NCBI GenBank assembly: GCA_964291405.2 | Contig: OZ219926.1 | Location: 1,536,001-1,600,000 of the forward strand | From: Thermodesulfobacteriota bacterium | Lineage (GTDB): Bacteria > Desulfobacterota > Binatia > Bin18 | DNA: 64,000 nucleotides | Direction of reading: 5' to 3' | Shown here: piece after piece, positions 41,436 to 50,870 of the stretch | Position numbering within the stretch: the stretch's first letter is position 1 | How the letters are laid out: every line of letters begins with the position of its first letter | The notes under the pieces: generated by a model | Told to the model about the DNA's origin: nothing | The model's input: the letters and a program-made list of their open reading frames with translations, nothing else | The model's database searches: none | Position numbers and translations under genes: made by a program

Positions 41436-42578
41436 ATGAGCCGGATTATTGACGCGGACAGCCACTTCATGGAACCGCTCGATTTATGGGAGCGCTATAT
41501 TGAACCGGAGTTTCGAGAGCGTTGCCTGCGCTTCACTCAGGACCCGCAGACCGGCACGCATGCCATGCTCATCAACGAATCGAAACGGATTCGGGGGGTG
41601 GGTGAGTTCAGCATGGAAGACCTGCTCGGCGTGGGCGTAGGATACGGTCAGAAGGAGGATGGCTCGGGGCTGGGGTCTTTCGACTTTTCCAGCGCGTTTA
41701 ATAATACCCTCGAAGACATGGACCAGCGTATCGCCTATCTGGATAACGAGGGCTTTGAGTGCCAGTTCATCTATCCGACCCTGGGTCTGATGTGGGAGGG
41801 TCAGGTGACCGACCCGGATTTGGCGGCCGCCCATTGTCGCGCCTATAACACCTGGACGCTGGAGGTGTGCGCCAATCACCGCACCCGGCTGTATCCGGTC
41901 GGACATATTTCTCTGCGCCATCCCACACAGGCTGTACGTGAGATCGAGCGTCTGGCCGATGCGGGCATGCGAACAATCTTTGTTGGGGCCCTGCCGGTTG
42001 ACGGCAAGAGTTTCGGCTGTCCTGATTTTGACCCGGTCTGGGACGCCGCCCAGTACCACGACATGGCGGTCGGTCTCCATCTGGTCGTGCATCGCAACTA
42101 CCTGGGTCACGATTGGTATGCGGACCGCCGGCCCGGCTTCATGTTTCTGAGCATGAACGGCATTCAAGACCCCCGCATGGCCCTCACCACCATGGTCTAC
42201 GACGGGGTGTTTGAGCGCTTTCCCAAGCTGCGCGTCGCCACCATTGAATCCGCCAGCGGTTGGGTCGTGGAATGGCTCGACCGCCTCGATTATCGCTACA
42301 GCTATATGGGGCACTCGTGTCAGATGGAGCGCCCGGCCAGCGAGTATTTTGAGCGGAATATCTGGATTGCGGCTGACCCGGATGAGCGCCTGCTGCCCTA
42401 TATGGTCGAGCTGCTGGGCGACCACAAGTTTTTTATCGGTTCGGACTATCCGCATGCCGAAGGCTTTACCGACCCAGTTGCCAAAGCGCGCAGCGCCCTA
42501 CACACCCTGCCGGAGGTATCGGTCAACAAAATATTGGGAGAAAACGCGGTTAAATTTTTCGGGCTCTCAACCAAGTAA
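41436..42578 (+). CDS. Amidohydrolase 2 family protein
   Basis: IIDADSHFMEP, YPTLG, GVFERFPKLR, GSDYPHAE. Confidence 0.9.
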   Translation: MSRIIDADSHFMEPLDLWERYIEPEFRERCLRFTQDPQTGTHAMLINESKRIRGVGEFSMEDLLGVGVGYGQKEDGSGLGSFDFSSAFNNTLEDMDQRIAYLDNEGFECQFIYPTLGLMWEGQVTDPDLAAAHCRAYNTWTLEVCANHRTRLYPVGHISLRHPTQAVREIERLADAGMRTIFVGALPVDGKSFGCPDFDPVWDAAQYHDMAVGLHLVVHRNYLGHDWYADRRPGFMFLSMNGIQDPRMALTTMVYDGVFERFPKLRVATIESASGWVVEWLDRLDYRYSYMGHSCQMERPASEYFERNIWIAADPDERLLPYMVELLGDHKFFIGSDYPHAEGFTDPVAKARSALHTLPEVSVNKILGENAVKFFGLSTK

Positions 42579-42588
42579 GGAGGAAGTC

Positions 42589-43059
42589 ATGAATCTTGAA
42601 GATATCGCTCAACGCGTCCAAACGCTCGAAGACGTCGAGGCCATCAAAAAGCTCAAGGCCCGCTACTGTGCCGGGGCGGACGAGCGTGATGAAGAAAAGT
42701 TTGTCGGCTGCTTCACGGAAGATGCCGTCTGGGACGGCGGCAATTTCGGACACTTCGAGGGGAAAGCTGCCATTCGGGAATTTTTTGGCACTATTCCTCA
42801 GGTCCTGTCATTTGCCATCCACTACGTGATGAATCCGCGTATTGAGGTCAACGGAGACACGGCCACCGGCTATTGGTATCTGCTGGAGCCCTGCACCATG
42901 CTCGAAGGCGGCGAGCAGGCGGTCTGGGGTGTAGCCAAATACGAAGAAGAATACGTCCGAGAGGATGGGGAGTGGAAAATACGCAACCTGATCCTCGCTC
43001 CGGAGTGCTGGACCCCGTTTGAGCAAGGCTGGGTCAATCAGCAGTTTATCGGCCAATAA
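42589..43059 (+). CDS. NTF2/SnoaL-like (LinA/BaiE-type) protein
   Basis: LEDVEAIKKLKARYC, FTEDAVWD, HYVMNPRI, DGEWKI; SD AAGGAGG. Confidence 0.88.
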   Translation: MNLEDIAQRVQTLEDVEAIKKLKARYCAGADERDEEKFVGCFTEDAVWDGGNFGHFEGKAAIREFFGTIPQVLSFAIHYVMNPRIEVNGDTATGYWYLLEPCTMLEGGEQAVWGVAKYEEEYVREDGEWKIRNLILAPECWTPFEQGWVNQQFIGQ

Positions 43060-43132
43060 GTCTCATCGGCGGGCTGCGGACGAGGCGACCCGCCGGCTGA
43101 GTTTCTGACCGGGTGCCACCGCTACGTCATAT

Positions 43133-45208
43133 ATGACTACCTATAGCTTAGGTGTTGACGTCGGAGGGACTTTCACCGACCTCGTGTGTGCGGACGAGGC
43201 TGGACAGACACAGACCGAGAAAGTCCTGACGACCCCAGAGAACCAAGCCCTGGGCGTGCTCAACGGTGTCGGCAAACTGGCCCGCACATACGGGCTGGCC
43301 GAGCGGGATTTTCTCAGCCGGATAGCGGTTGTGGTCCACGGTACGACGGTCGCAACCAACACCATGTTGGAATACACTGGCGCTACCACCGGCCTGATCA
43401 CCACCGCCGGCTTTCGCGACACCATAGAGATCCGCCGCAACTATAAAGAAGCCGCTTTTGATATTCGCCTCTCGGCTCCGTATCAGATCGTCCCGCGCCG
43501 CCGCCGCCTCGGCGTGACCGAGCGGATTGATTATGCCGGTCAGGTCGTCAAACCCTTGGCGGAAGCCGAGGTCCGCGCGGCCGTACAGCGGCTGGCGGAG
43601 ATACAGGTCGAAGCCATAGCCGTGTGTTATCTGTTTGCGTTTTTGAATCCTGTCCACGAACTCCGGACGCGCGAGATTATTCGCGAACTCCTGCCCGATG
43701 TCCATATCTCGCTGTCGTCAGAGGTTCTGCCCCAAGTCCGTGAATTCGAGCGCTTGAGCACAACCTTGGTCGATGCCTATGTTACTCCTCGCTTACAGAG
43801 ATATTTGGAGCGGCTGGACACGGAGTTTCGTCAGCGTGGATTTCAGGGCGACATTTTCATTATGCAGGGCAATGGTGGTGTCGTGGGCCTGGAACAGGCT
43901 CAGACCCACGGCGTCCAAGCCCTCCTGTCCGGACCGGCCAGCGGCGTGGTGGCTGGCGCGTATCTGGGCGAGGCATCCGGATTCAAGGACGTCATCACCA
44001 TTGATATGGGGGGCACGAGCTTCGACGTCTGCCTGGTGCAGGATGGTCGGCCCAAGACCGGAACCGATCAGTGGATGAGCCGGTATCGGATTGCGGTTCC
44101 ATTTATTGATATTCACACCATTGGCGCTGGTGGTGGCAGTATCGCCTGGGTCGACGAGGGGGGGGCGTTACGCGTTGGCCCCCAGAGCGCGGGTGCTTAT
44201 CCGGGCCCGGCGTGTTATGGCTTTGGCGGCCAGGAGGCCACGGTCACGGATGCGGATGTGGTGCTGGGCTATATCAGCCCCGATTCCTTCTTGGGCGGCG
44301 AAATGCGGCTGGACGCCGAGGCCGCCCGACAGGCAATCGAAACCAAGGTGGCCCAGCCGCTGGAGATGAGCCTCCTGGAAGCGGCCAGCGGTATTTTTCG
44401 TATTGTCAATAATGGTATGAGCAATAGCGTTCGGCGGGTTTCTCTGGCAAAAGGCTACGACCCGCGGGACTTCGCACTGACCGCGTTCGGCGGTGCCGGT
44501 GCAATTCATGCCGGCGCACTGGTCGAAGACCTCGGCATTCAGACCATCCTGATTCCCAAAGGCACGGCCCCCGTCCTGTGCGCCCTGGGTGATCTCTTGT
44601 CCGACCTGCGGATGAGTCGGGTCCGCAGTTTCTATGCGCGTGGGAGTGAACTTGATCTGGAGGCCATGAACACTCAGTTCCGGCGCATGCGCGAGGAAGC
44701 TCTGGAATTGTTCGGGAGTCAGCAGCATCACCTGGGGCAAACCTTCGCCCAATTCTCGTTGGAGATGCGCTATATTGGCCAGACACATGAAGTGACGGTT
44801 CCGGTTATAATGCAGACGGAGCAGCTCAATGCCACGGATATGGCGACGACGATCCAGGGCTTTCACGATCTGCACGAGCAGTTATACACCTTCCAGAAGC
44901 CCGAGGACGAGGTCGAAATTCTCAATATCCACCTCGACCTCGTCGGACAGAGAGCGAAACCGAGCTTGCAAACAGCCATCCGAGGCAGTCAGGAGGCTCG
45001 AACTGCACTCCAGGGTACCCGGCCCGCTTATTCAGCCTCGGCCCAGGATTATGTGGAGACGGATATTTACAACGGAGAGCAGCTTGTGCCAGGGCATTGC
45101 GTTGTCGGCCCGGCCATTATCGAAGAGGCTCGCACCTCCATCGTCCTTTTTGCCGGCCAGCGGGCGACCCTCGACGAGCACCTCACCTATATGATTGAGG
45201 TCGAGTGA
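43133..45208 (+). CDS. Hydantoinase/oxoprolinase A subunit (ATP-binding)
   Basis: GVDVGGTFTD, HGTTVATN, SGPASG, DMGGTSFD, GAGGGS, FGGAG. Confidence 0.93.
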   Translation: MTTYSLGVDVGGTFTDLVCADEAGQTQTEKVLTTPENQALGVLNGVGKLARTYGLAERDFLSRIAVVVHGTTVATNTMLEYTGATTGLITTAGFRDTIEIRRNYKEAAFDIRLSAPYQIVPRRRRLGVTERIDYAGQVVKPLAEAEVRAAVQRLAEIQVEAIAVCYLFAFLNPVHELRTREIIRELLPDVHISLSSEVLPQVREFERLSTTLVDAYVTPRLQRYLERLDTEFRQRGFQGDIFIMQGNGGVVGLEQAQTHGVQALLSGPASGVVAGAYLGEASGFKDVITIDMGGTSFDVCLVQDGRPKTGTDQWMSRYRIAVPFIDIHTIGAGGGSIAWVDEGGALRVGPQSAGAYPGPACYGFGGQEATVTDADVVLGYISPDSFLGGEMRLDAEAARQAIETKVAQPLEMSLLEAASGIFRIVNNGMSNSVRRVSLAKGYDPRDFALTAFGGAGAIHAGALVEDLGIQTILIPKGTAPVLCALGDLLSDLRMSRVRSFYARGSELDLEAMNTQFRRMREEALELFGSQQHHLGQTFAQFSLEMRYIGQTHEVTVPVIMQTEQLNATDMATTIQGFHDLHEQLYTFQKPEDEVEILNIHLDLVGQRAKPSLQTAIRGSQEARTALQGTRPAYSASAQDYVETDIYNGEQLVPGHCVVGPAIIEEARTSIVLFAGQRATLDEHLTYMIEVE

Positions 45209-45209
45209 T

Positions 45210-46406
45210 ATGACACATCCTCTCGACCCAGGCAAAGAAGCGAGCGCGACCATGGGGGCGACCCTTGGACGGGCGCGACCGACTCTCCTGCGCCGTCTGG
45301 CCTCTTTAGCCTTAATCGACCGCCGGCACGTCACCGTCGCCCTCGCCACCGCAGACGGCCGCGTGGTTGGGATAGACCCAGCGGCGCGCCTGGGAATTGT
45401 CCGGGCGGTGGCCCGAGCGGTCTGTGACGCCTTTTGTGACAACGTCGCTGAGGGTGACATTATCCTCACCAACGATCCGTTTTCGGGCGGGACGCATATT
45501 CAGGACCTGACGCTGCTGCGTCCGCTCTTTGTCGCCGAGCAGCTCGCCGGCTGGGCCATTGTCCAGACTCCCCTGCCCGACCTGGGTGGTATGGCCCTGG
45601 GCGGGTATTATCCTTTTGCCCTCGAAATTTGGGCGGAGGGTATTCGGGTCACACCGGCCAAGCTCTACCGGCAGGGCGTCCTGCAACGTGACGCGCTCAC
45701 CATGCTGACCCTTAACAGCCGGCTGCCTCATCTGGTCGAAAAAGACGTGCAGAGTATGGTTGAGATTCTAGACTTGGCCAATACGGCCGTTGCCGGTCTA
45801 GCCGCCCGCCAGACCCCAGCGGTCTACACACAGGCCCTCGACCAGATCATCACTGACACCGCTACCCAGACTCAGGCGGCCCTGTCTGAACTGCCGTACG
45901 GGGAGTGGCAGGCGGAGAGTGCGCCCATACACTGTTGTTTGGAAGAAGCGGATTTGCAGGTCGCAGTCCGTCTGACCGTTTCAGACGAAGCCGTCGGACT
46001 TGATTTCTCCGGCAGTTCTCCTGCGGCCAAAGGTTTTGTGAATACCACCGTAGCCACCGCTCAGGCCGCGGCAGCGCTGCCCTTTTTCTCCCTCTGGCCC
46101 ACGCTGCCTGTTAATGACGGTATGTTCCATCACCTACACATATCGATTCCTGACGACACTTTTTTACACGCCAAGCTGCCGATGTCGGTAGGCTGGTCGC
46201 CCTACCAGCCGAGCCAGGCAGTTGTTCAGGCCGTTGCGGCCGCCCTCAATAAAGCGCGCCGGCCCCTGCCGTCCGCAAAGCAGTTGACCGCACCGGTCAC
46301 CGCACCGCCTCTGCCTTTTACTGTCACCGGGTGCGGCCGTCCCGGCTGTCCCTTCCCTCTCCCCCAACCCCCAACCCCTAACCCCCACAAAGGAGATCCC
46401 GCATGA
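45210..46406 (+). CDS. Truncated/degenerate hydantoinase B-like subunit
   Basis: GDIILTNDPFSGGTHIQD, DLGG, EGIR, DFSGSS; lacks the C-terminal region of full-length B. Confidence 0.78.
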   Translation: MTHPLDPGKEASATMGATLGRARPTLLRRLASLALIDRRHVTVALATADGRVVGIDPAARLGIVRAVARAVCDAFCDNVAEGDIILTNDPFSGGTHIQDLTLLRPLFVAEQLAGWAIVQTPLPDLGGMALGGYYPFALEIWAEGIRVTPAKLYRQGVLQRDALTMLTLNSRLPHLVEKDVQSMVEILDLANTAVAGLAARQTPAVYTQALDQIITDTATQTQAALSELPYGEWQAESAPIHCCLEEADLQVAVRLTVSDEAVGLDFSGSSPAAKGFVNTTVATAQAAAALPFFSLWPTLPVNDGMFHHLHISIPDDTFLHAKLPMSVGWSPYQPSQAVVQAVAAALNKARRPLPSAKQLTAPVTAPPLPFTVTGCGRPGCPFPLPQPPTPNPHKGDPA

Positions 46407-48142
46407 TCGACCGCATTACCGCCCTGGTGATCAAGGATTCCTTAGAGGCCATCTCTGAAGAAATGAGTAAAACGGTTGAGCGTACGGCCGTGCACCCGCT
46501 GTTCAACGAAGTGCACGACTACTCGACCGGGGTGTTCTTTTATGATGGCAGCGATGTGCGCCTGGTCGCCCGAGCGACGGCGATTCCCGTCCATATCTTT
46601 GCCTCCATCCTGTCGGTTGAAGCCCTGATGGAGTCGTTTCAGGACGACCTGCACGAGGGCGATATCGTCATGCTGAACGACCCGTATTACGGTGGTACGC
46701 ATCACGCCGACTGGACCGTGATGAAACCCGTCTTCTTTGACGGTAAGCCGGTGCTGTTTCCCTCGGTCCGCGCCCACATGGCCGATTTTGGTGGGCCGGT
46801 GGCTGGTGGCTATAACCCCGAAGCCAAAGACATTTGGCAGGAAGCCCTGCGTATTCCGCCGATCAAACTCTTCGAGAAGGGTGTCCTGCGCCAGGATGTG
46901 CTCGACTGGATTCTGGCCAACTCCCGTATTCCCAATGTGTTGCGTGGCGATCTGGCCGCCATGTTCGGGGCGTGTAATCTGGCCGAGCAGCGCATCCACG
47001 CCCTGTTCGCCAAGTATGGTGGGGATGTGGTCAATGAAAGCATTGAATACACGCTCGACTATGCGGAAAAACGCTTTCGAGCTGAGGTCGCCAAGTGGCC
47101 GGACGGAGAATACCGGGGCAGCGCGACCTTGGATCACGACAGTCTGGGCAACTATGACGTCGAGGTGAAAACAACCGTCACCATCAAGGGCTCTGATCTG
47201 AGCGTTGACCTGAGCGGCTCAAGCCCGGAAACACCGGGCTTTGTGAACAGTCCGTTTGGCAATACAGCCTCGTGGGTCTATACCGCCCTGTGTTCGGTCC
47301 TGCCCGAAGACATCCCGATCAACTCCGGCGTGTTTCGAGCCGTGACCATCACCGCACCGGAGGGGACCGTCGTGAACCCCCTCCCGCCTGCTCCGTGTAT
47401 GTTCAGCACGGTCGTGATTGGCGGAGATGTCGGCACGGCCACCATGCAGGCCTTGGAGCAGGCCATTCCCGACAAAGTCGGCTCGGTGTCGCTCAACTAC
47501 TGTCTGTGCACCACTTATGGGCATGACTCTCGCTATGGCGAAATGTTTGTGACCATTGAGTACGGGAATACGCTCGTGGCGGCTGGCGGGACCCAGGGTC
47601 AGGATGGCTGGGGCGGCTGGCCGGCTCCCATGTGCGGACTGATTTACTCCACGGTTGAGATGAGCGAGATTCAATTCCCCTTTTTCTACCATCAGTATGA
47701 ATACGTTGGCGATACGGCCGCTCCGGGACAGTGGCGCGGGGTGCCGGGCTTTGCCATGAAGCGCGAAAGCGTCCGGGACACCTCCATCATCAACGTGGCG
47801 CTGACAGGCGTGCGCCACTCCTCGCCCGGCTTTGCCGGCGGAAAGAACGGGGCGAGCAGCCGCTATGTCCTGAACTGGGGCACGGAGCATGAGGAAGAAG
47901 TCCTGGAGTCAGCCGCGAATCGCCCCTCGCCACCGGGCTCGATTATCTCCACCTTTAAGGGCGGCGGTGGCGGTTGGGGCAATCCCTTTGCCCGTGACCC
48001 GCAAAAAGTTCTCAATGACGTGCTGGATGAGTTTATCACCATAGACAGTGCCGAGCGGGACTACGGTGTCGTGATCCAGCCTGACAGCATGACCATCGAT
48101 ACCGACGAAACCCTGCGACGCCGCGCGCTTGTCGCAAAATAA
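46403..48142 (+). CDS. Hydantoinase B/oxoprolinase family subunit
   Basis: EVHDYS, NDPYYGGTHHAD, AHMADFGG, GQWRG, GGGGGWGNP. Confidence 0.93.
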   Translation: MIDRITALVIKDSLEAISEEMSKTVERTAVHPLFNEVHDYSTGVFFYDGSDVRLVARATAIPVHIFASILSVEALMESFQDDLHEGDIVMLNDPYYGGTHHADWTVMKPVFFDGKPVLFPSVRAHMADFGGPVAGGYNPEAKDIWQEALRIPPIKLFEKGVLRQDVLDWILANSRIPNVLRGDLAAMFGACNLAEQRIHALFAKYGGDVVNESIEYTLDYAEKRFRAEVAKWPDGEYRGSATLDHDSLGNYDVEVKTTVTIKGSDLSVDLSGSSPETPGFVNSPFGNTASWVYTALCSVLPEDIPINSGVFRAVTITAPEGTVVNPLPPAPCMFSTVVIGGDVGTATMQALEQAIPDKVGSVSLNYCLCTTYGHDSRYGEMFVTIEYGNTLVAAGGTQGQDGWGGWPAPMCGLIYSTVEMSEIQFPFFYHQYEYVGDTAAPGQWRGVPGFAMKRESVRDTSIINVALTGVRHSSPGFAGGKNGASSRYVLNWGTEHEEEVLESAANRPSPPGSIISTFKGGGGGWGNPFARDPQKVLNDVLDEFITIDSAERDYGVVIQPDSMTIDTDETLRRRALVAK

Positions 48143-48157
48143 GTAGGGAGCAGCCTG

Positions 48158-49699
48158 ATGCGACGCCTCCGTTCAACCGGAAAGATCAGACGGCCGACCG
48201 CCGAAGAACTGTCTGATTTAGCCGAGCTATCCTTTCTCCGCCTCACCCCTCAGGAAGCGCTCGACCTTGAGGAACTCAGTGAAGGCCTGCTCAGCACCTT
48301 GGATCGTCTGGACGACCTCCCGCAGCCACGCTGGCCGATTCGATACACCGACCGCGACCCCGGTTATCGGCCGACACCGGAAGAGGACCCGTATAATATT
48401 TTCATTCGCAAGTGTCGGGTCACCGGCGCGCCTGACGGTATGCTCGCCGGCAAGAGAATCGGCCTGAAAGACAACATCGCCGTGGCCGGCATTCCGCTGA
48501 CGAACGGCTCCCGGCTTGTGGAAGGCTATGTGCCGGATTGTGATGCAACCGTAGTTGAGCGGCTGTTGGACGCGGGCGCTGAAATCGTCGGCAAGCTCAA
48601 TATGGACAGTTTCGCGCTCTCCCCTTCGGCGGAAACCAGCGAGTTCGGATATGCCCGCAATCCTCGCAACCCCGACCATTCGCCGGGTGGCTCGTCCGGG
48701 GGCAGCGGCGCCGCGGTGGCCAACGGTGATGTCGATATTGCCTTGGGTGTGGATGAAGGCGGCAGCGGCCGCATTCCGGCGGCCTGGTGTGGGATCACCA
48801 GCATCAAAGCAACGCATGGCCTGGTGCCCTCCTTTGGCTTGACCTATATGGACCATACCCTGGATTTCATTTGTCCCATGGCGCGGACCGTCCAGGAGGT
48901 GGCCCAAACACTGGAGGTGATTGCCGGCGACGACCCGCGTGACCCCCAGTGGGTCCGCGGCCCCATTCAGACTGAGCCGTATACCCAAGCGCTGACAACC
49001 GACATCCACGGTCTCCGTATCGGCCTGGTCAAAGAAGGGCTGGCAGGTCGGGCGGTCGAACCGGAAGTTGTTGACGCCTTTCAAAAAGGAATAGCCCAGC
49101 TCAGTATCCTGGGTGCCGATTGCAGTGAGATTTCCCTCCCACTGTTCAAAAGCGCCTGGGCCATTTGGACGGGCATTGCCAGCCATTCGATCCCCGCACT
49201 GGTCGAGTCTGACGGGGAAGGCTACGGTCATGGCGGCGCGAGCAATGTCGGCTGGGTCGAAACCTTTGGTCGCGCCCGCCGCGCCCGGGCCAACGATCTG
49301 CCACCGTTTCTAAAACTCATTCTGCCGGTCGGAAATTATCTCCGCCGCGAATACAATAATCGCTATTACGCTTTGGCCCAGAATCTCCGCCTCAGCTTCA
49401 CCCAGCAGATCGAACATGCCCTCCAGGAAGTCGATATTCTGGCCCTGCCGACCACACCCATGCGGGCCCCAAGGCTCGAAGCGGGGCTGACCCTCAAAGA
49501 TTTGGTCCGACGCAGTGCCGCGGCTGGTCAGAATACCAGCGCGTTTAATTTATCAGGCCACCCGGCGCTGAATCTGCCCTGCGGCCTACGCGACGGCCTA
49601 CCGGTCGGCCTGCAACTCGTTGGCCGGCGTTGGCAGGAGAGCACGCTCCTGCGCGTTGCGTACGCGTTTGAGCAGAGTGTGGATTGGGAACAGTTGTAA
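48158..49699 (+). CDS. Amidase-signature family protein
   Basis: LKDNIAVAG, PGGSSGGS, DEGGSGRIPAAWCG. Confidence 0.92.
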   Translation: MRRLRSTGKIRRPTAEELSDLAELSFLRLTPQEALDLEELSEGLLSTLDRLDDLPQPRWPIRYTDRDPGYRPTPEEDPYNIFIRKCRVTGAPDGMLAGKRIGLKDNIAVAGIPLTNGSRLVEGYVPDCDATVVERLLDAGAEIVGKLNMDSFALSPSAETSEFGYARNPRNPDHSPGGSSGGSGAAVANGDVDIALGVDEGGSGRIPAAWCGITSIKATHGLVPSFGLTYMDHTLDFICPMARTVQEVAQTLEVIAGDDPRDPQWVRGPIQTEPYTQALTTDIHGLRIGLVKEGLAGRAVEPEVVDAFQKGIAQLSILGADCSEISLPLFKSAWAIWTGIASHSIPALVESDGEGYGHGGASNVGWVETFGRARRARANDLPPFLKLILPVGNYLRREYNNRYYALAQNLRLSFTQQIEHALQEVDILALPTTPMRAPRLEAGLTLKDLVRRSAAAGQNTSAFNLSGHPALNLPCGLRDGLPVGLQLVGRRWQESTLLRVAYAFEQSVDWEQL

Positions 49700-49730
49700 A
49701 GAATTGTGCACAGGATCGCACGGGGGAATT

Positions 49731-50210
49731 ATGACCAACCTCAACACCTATCAAACACGTCGAGAAACGCTCAGACAAAAATATCTCTCAGATGACAGAC
49801 CAGCAGCGCCGCCCCAGTATACCGGCGGAGTTGACCATCTGGCGCTGATCAGTCTGGACCTCGAGAAGACGATTCAGTTCTATACCGAGGTCATCGGCAT
49901 GCGGCTGACCAAGATCGTAACGAATCGTGACGAGCCAACGTCCACCCATATCTTTCTGGATATGGGCGGTGGGAACCAACTCGCGTTCTTCGACTTTCCG
50001 CAGAAAGACACCGAGCCGACCGTGCGGGGCGTGGGCAGCATGCATCATGTTGCGCTCAAGGCCACGTCCGAGCAGTTTCAAGCACTATTAGCTAACCTGG
50101 ACGAAAAGGACCTGCCCTACTCTCTGCACGGCTCGCATGAGAAAGGCTCGGTGTATGTGCGTGACCCGGATAATATCCAGGTGGAAGTCACGACGGGCTA
50201 TGGATCGTAA
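49731..50210 (+). CDS. VOC family protein
   Basis: GVDHLAL, MHHVAL, YVRDPDNIQVEV. Confidence 0.88.
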   Translation: MTNLNTYQTRRETLRQKYLSDDRPAAPPQYTGGVDHLALISLDLEKTIQFYTEVIGMRLTKIVTNRDEPTSTHIFLDMGGGNQLAFFDFPQKDTEPTVRGVGSMHHVALKATSEQFQALLANLDEKDLPYSLHGSHEKGSVYVRDPDNIQVEVTTGYGS

Positions 50211-50346
50211 GCCCTAAGGCACGAGACAGAACAATCGTCGCCCGCCTCTCCCATTATGTAAGCGAGCTGTGCTAGGAACAAAGAAATCTACACTGGCGCT
50301 CTGCGCCAATCCCCTGACAGGGGAATAGGATAAGGAGGGAGCCATT

Positions 50347-50808
50347 ATGCTCGGAGCTGTTGCACACGTTGGTATTACGGTTCGGGATATGGACCGGGCC
50401 GTCGAGTTTTATCGGGACATGCTGGGGCTCAAGGTCATTGGCGATGTGACCATTGAGGGAGAAGAGGCGAGTACGGTCACCCAGGTGCCGGAGACAAAAC
50501 TGCGCGCCGTCTACCTGCGTTACGAGGATGACCCCAAAGGCCCGCCGATCGAGCTCCTGCACTTCATTGAGCCCGGCGACACGGGCAACCCGTATCCGGG
50601 CCTGGCCAACCCCGGCATCACAGAGGTCGCGTTTTGGGTCAAAGACATTGAAAAGACCTACCAGGACCTGAGTGCCAAGGGCGTTGAGTTTTATTCGCGT
50701 CCACAAATGTTCGATCTGGAGGGGGAAGGCTACGGGAAAGTCAAGGCCGTATACTTCCGCGACCCGGACGGCACGACCCTGGAGTTAATGCAGGACTGTT
50801 CGGCTTGA
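50347..50808 (+). CDS. VOC family protein
   Basis: AHVGITVRDMDRAVEFY, IELL, YFRDPDGTTLEL. Confidence 0.9.
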   Translation: MLGAVAHVGITVRDMDRAVEFYRDMLGLKVIGDVTIEGEEASTVTQVPETKLRAVYLRYEDDPKGPPIELLHFIEPGDTGNPYPGLANPGITEVAFWVKDIEKTYQDLSAKGVEFYSRPQMFDLEGEGYGKVKAVYFRDPDGTTLELMQDCSA

Positions 50809-50870
50809 CCGGCTGGTCTCGGCGAGGCAGACCGGGGGGCAGCATTGGACGCCGCCCCTACACTTATCCT

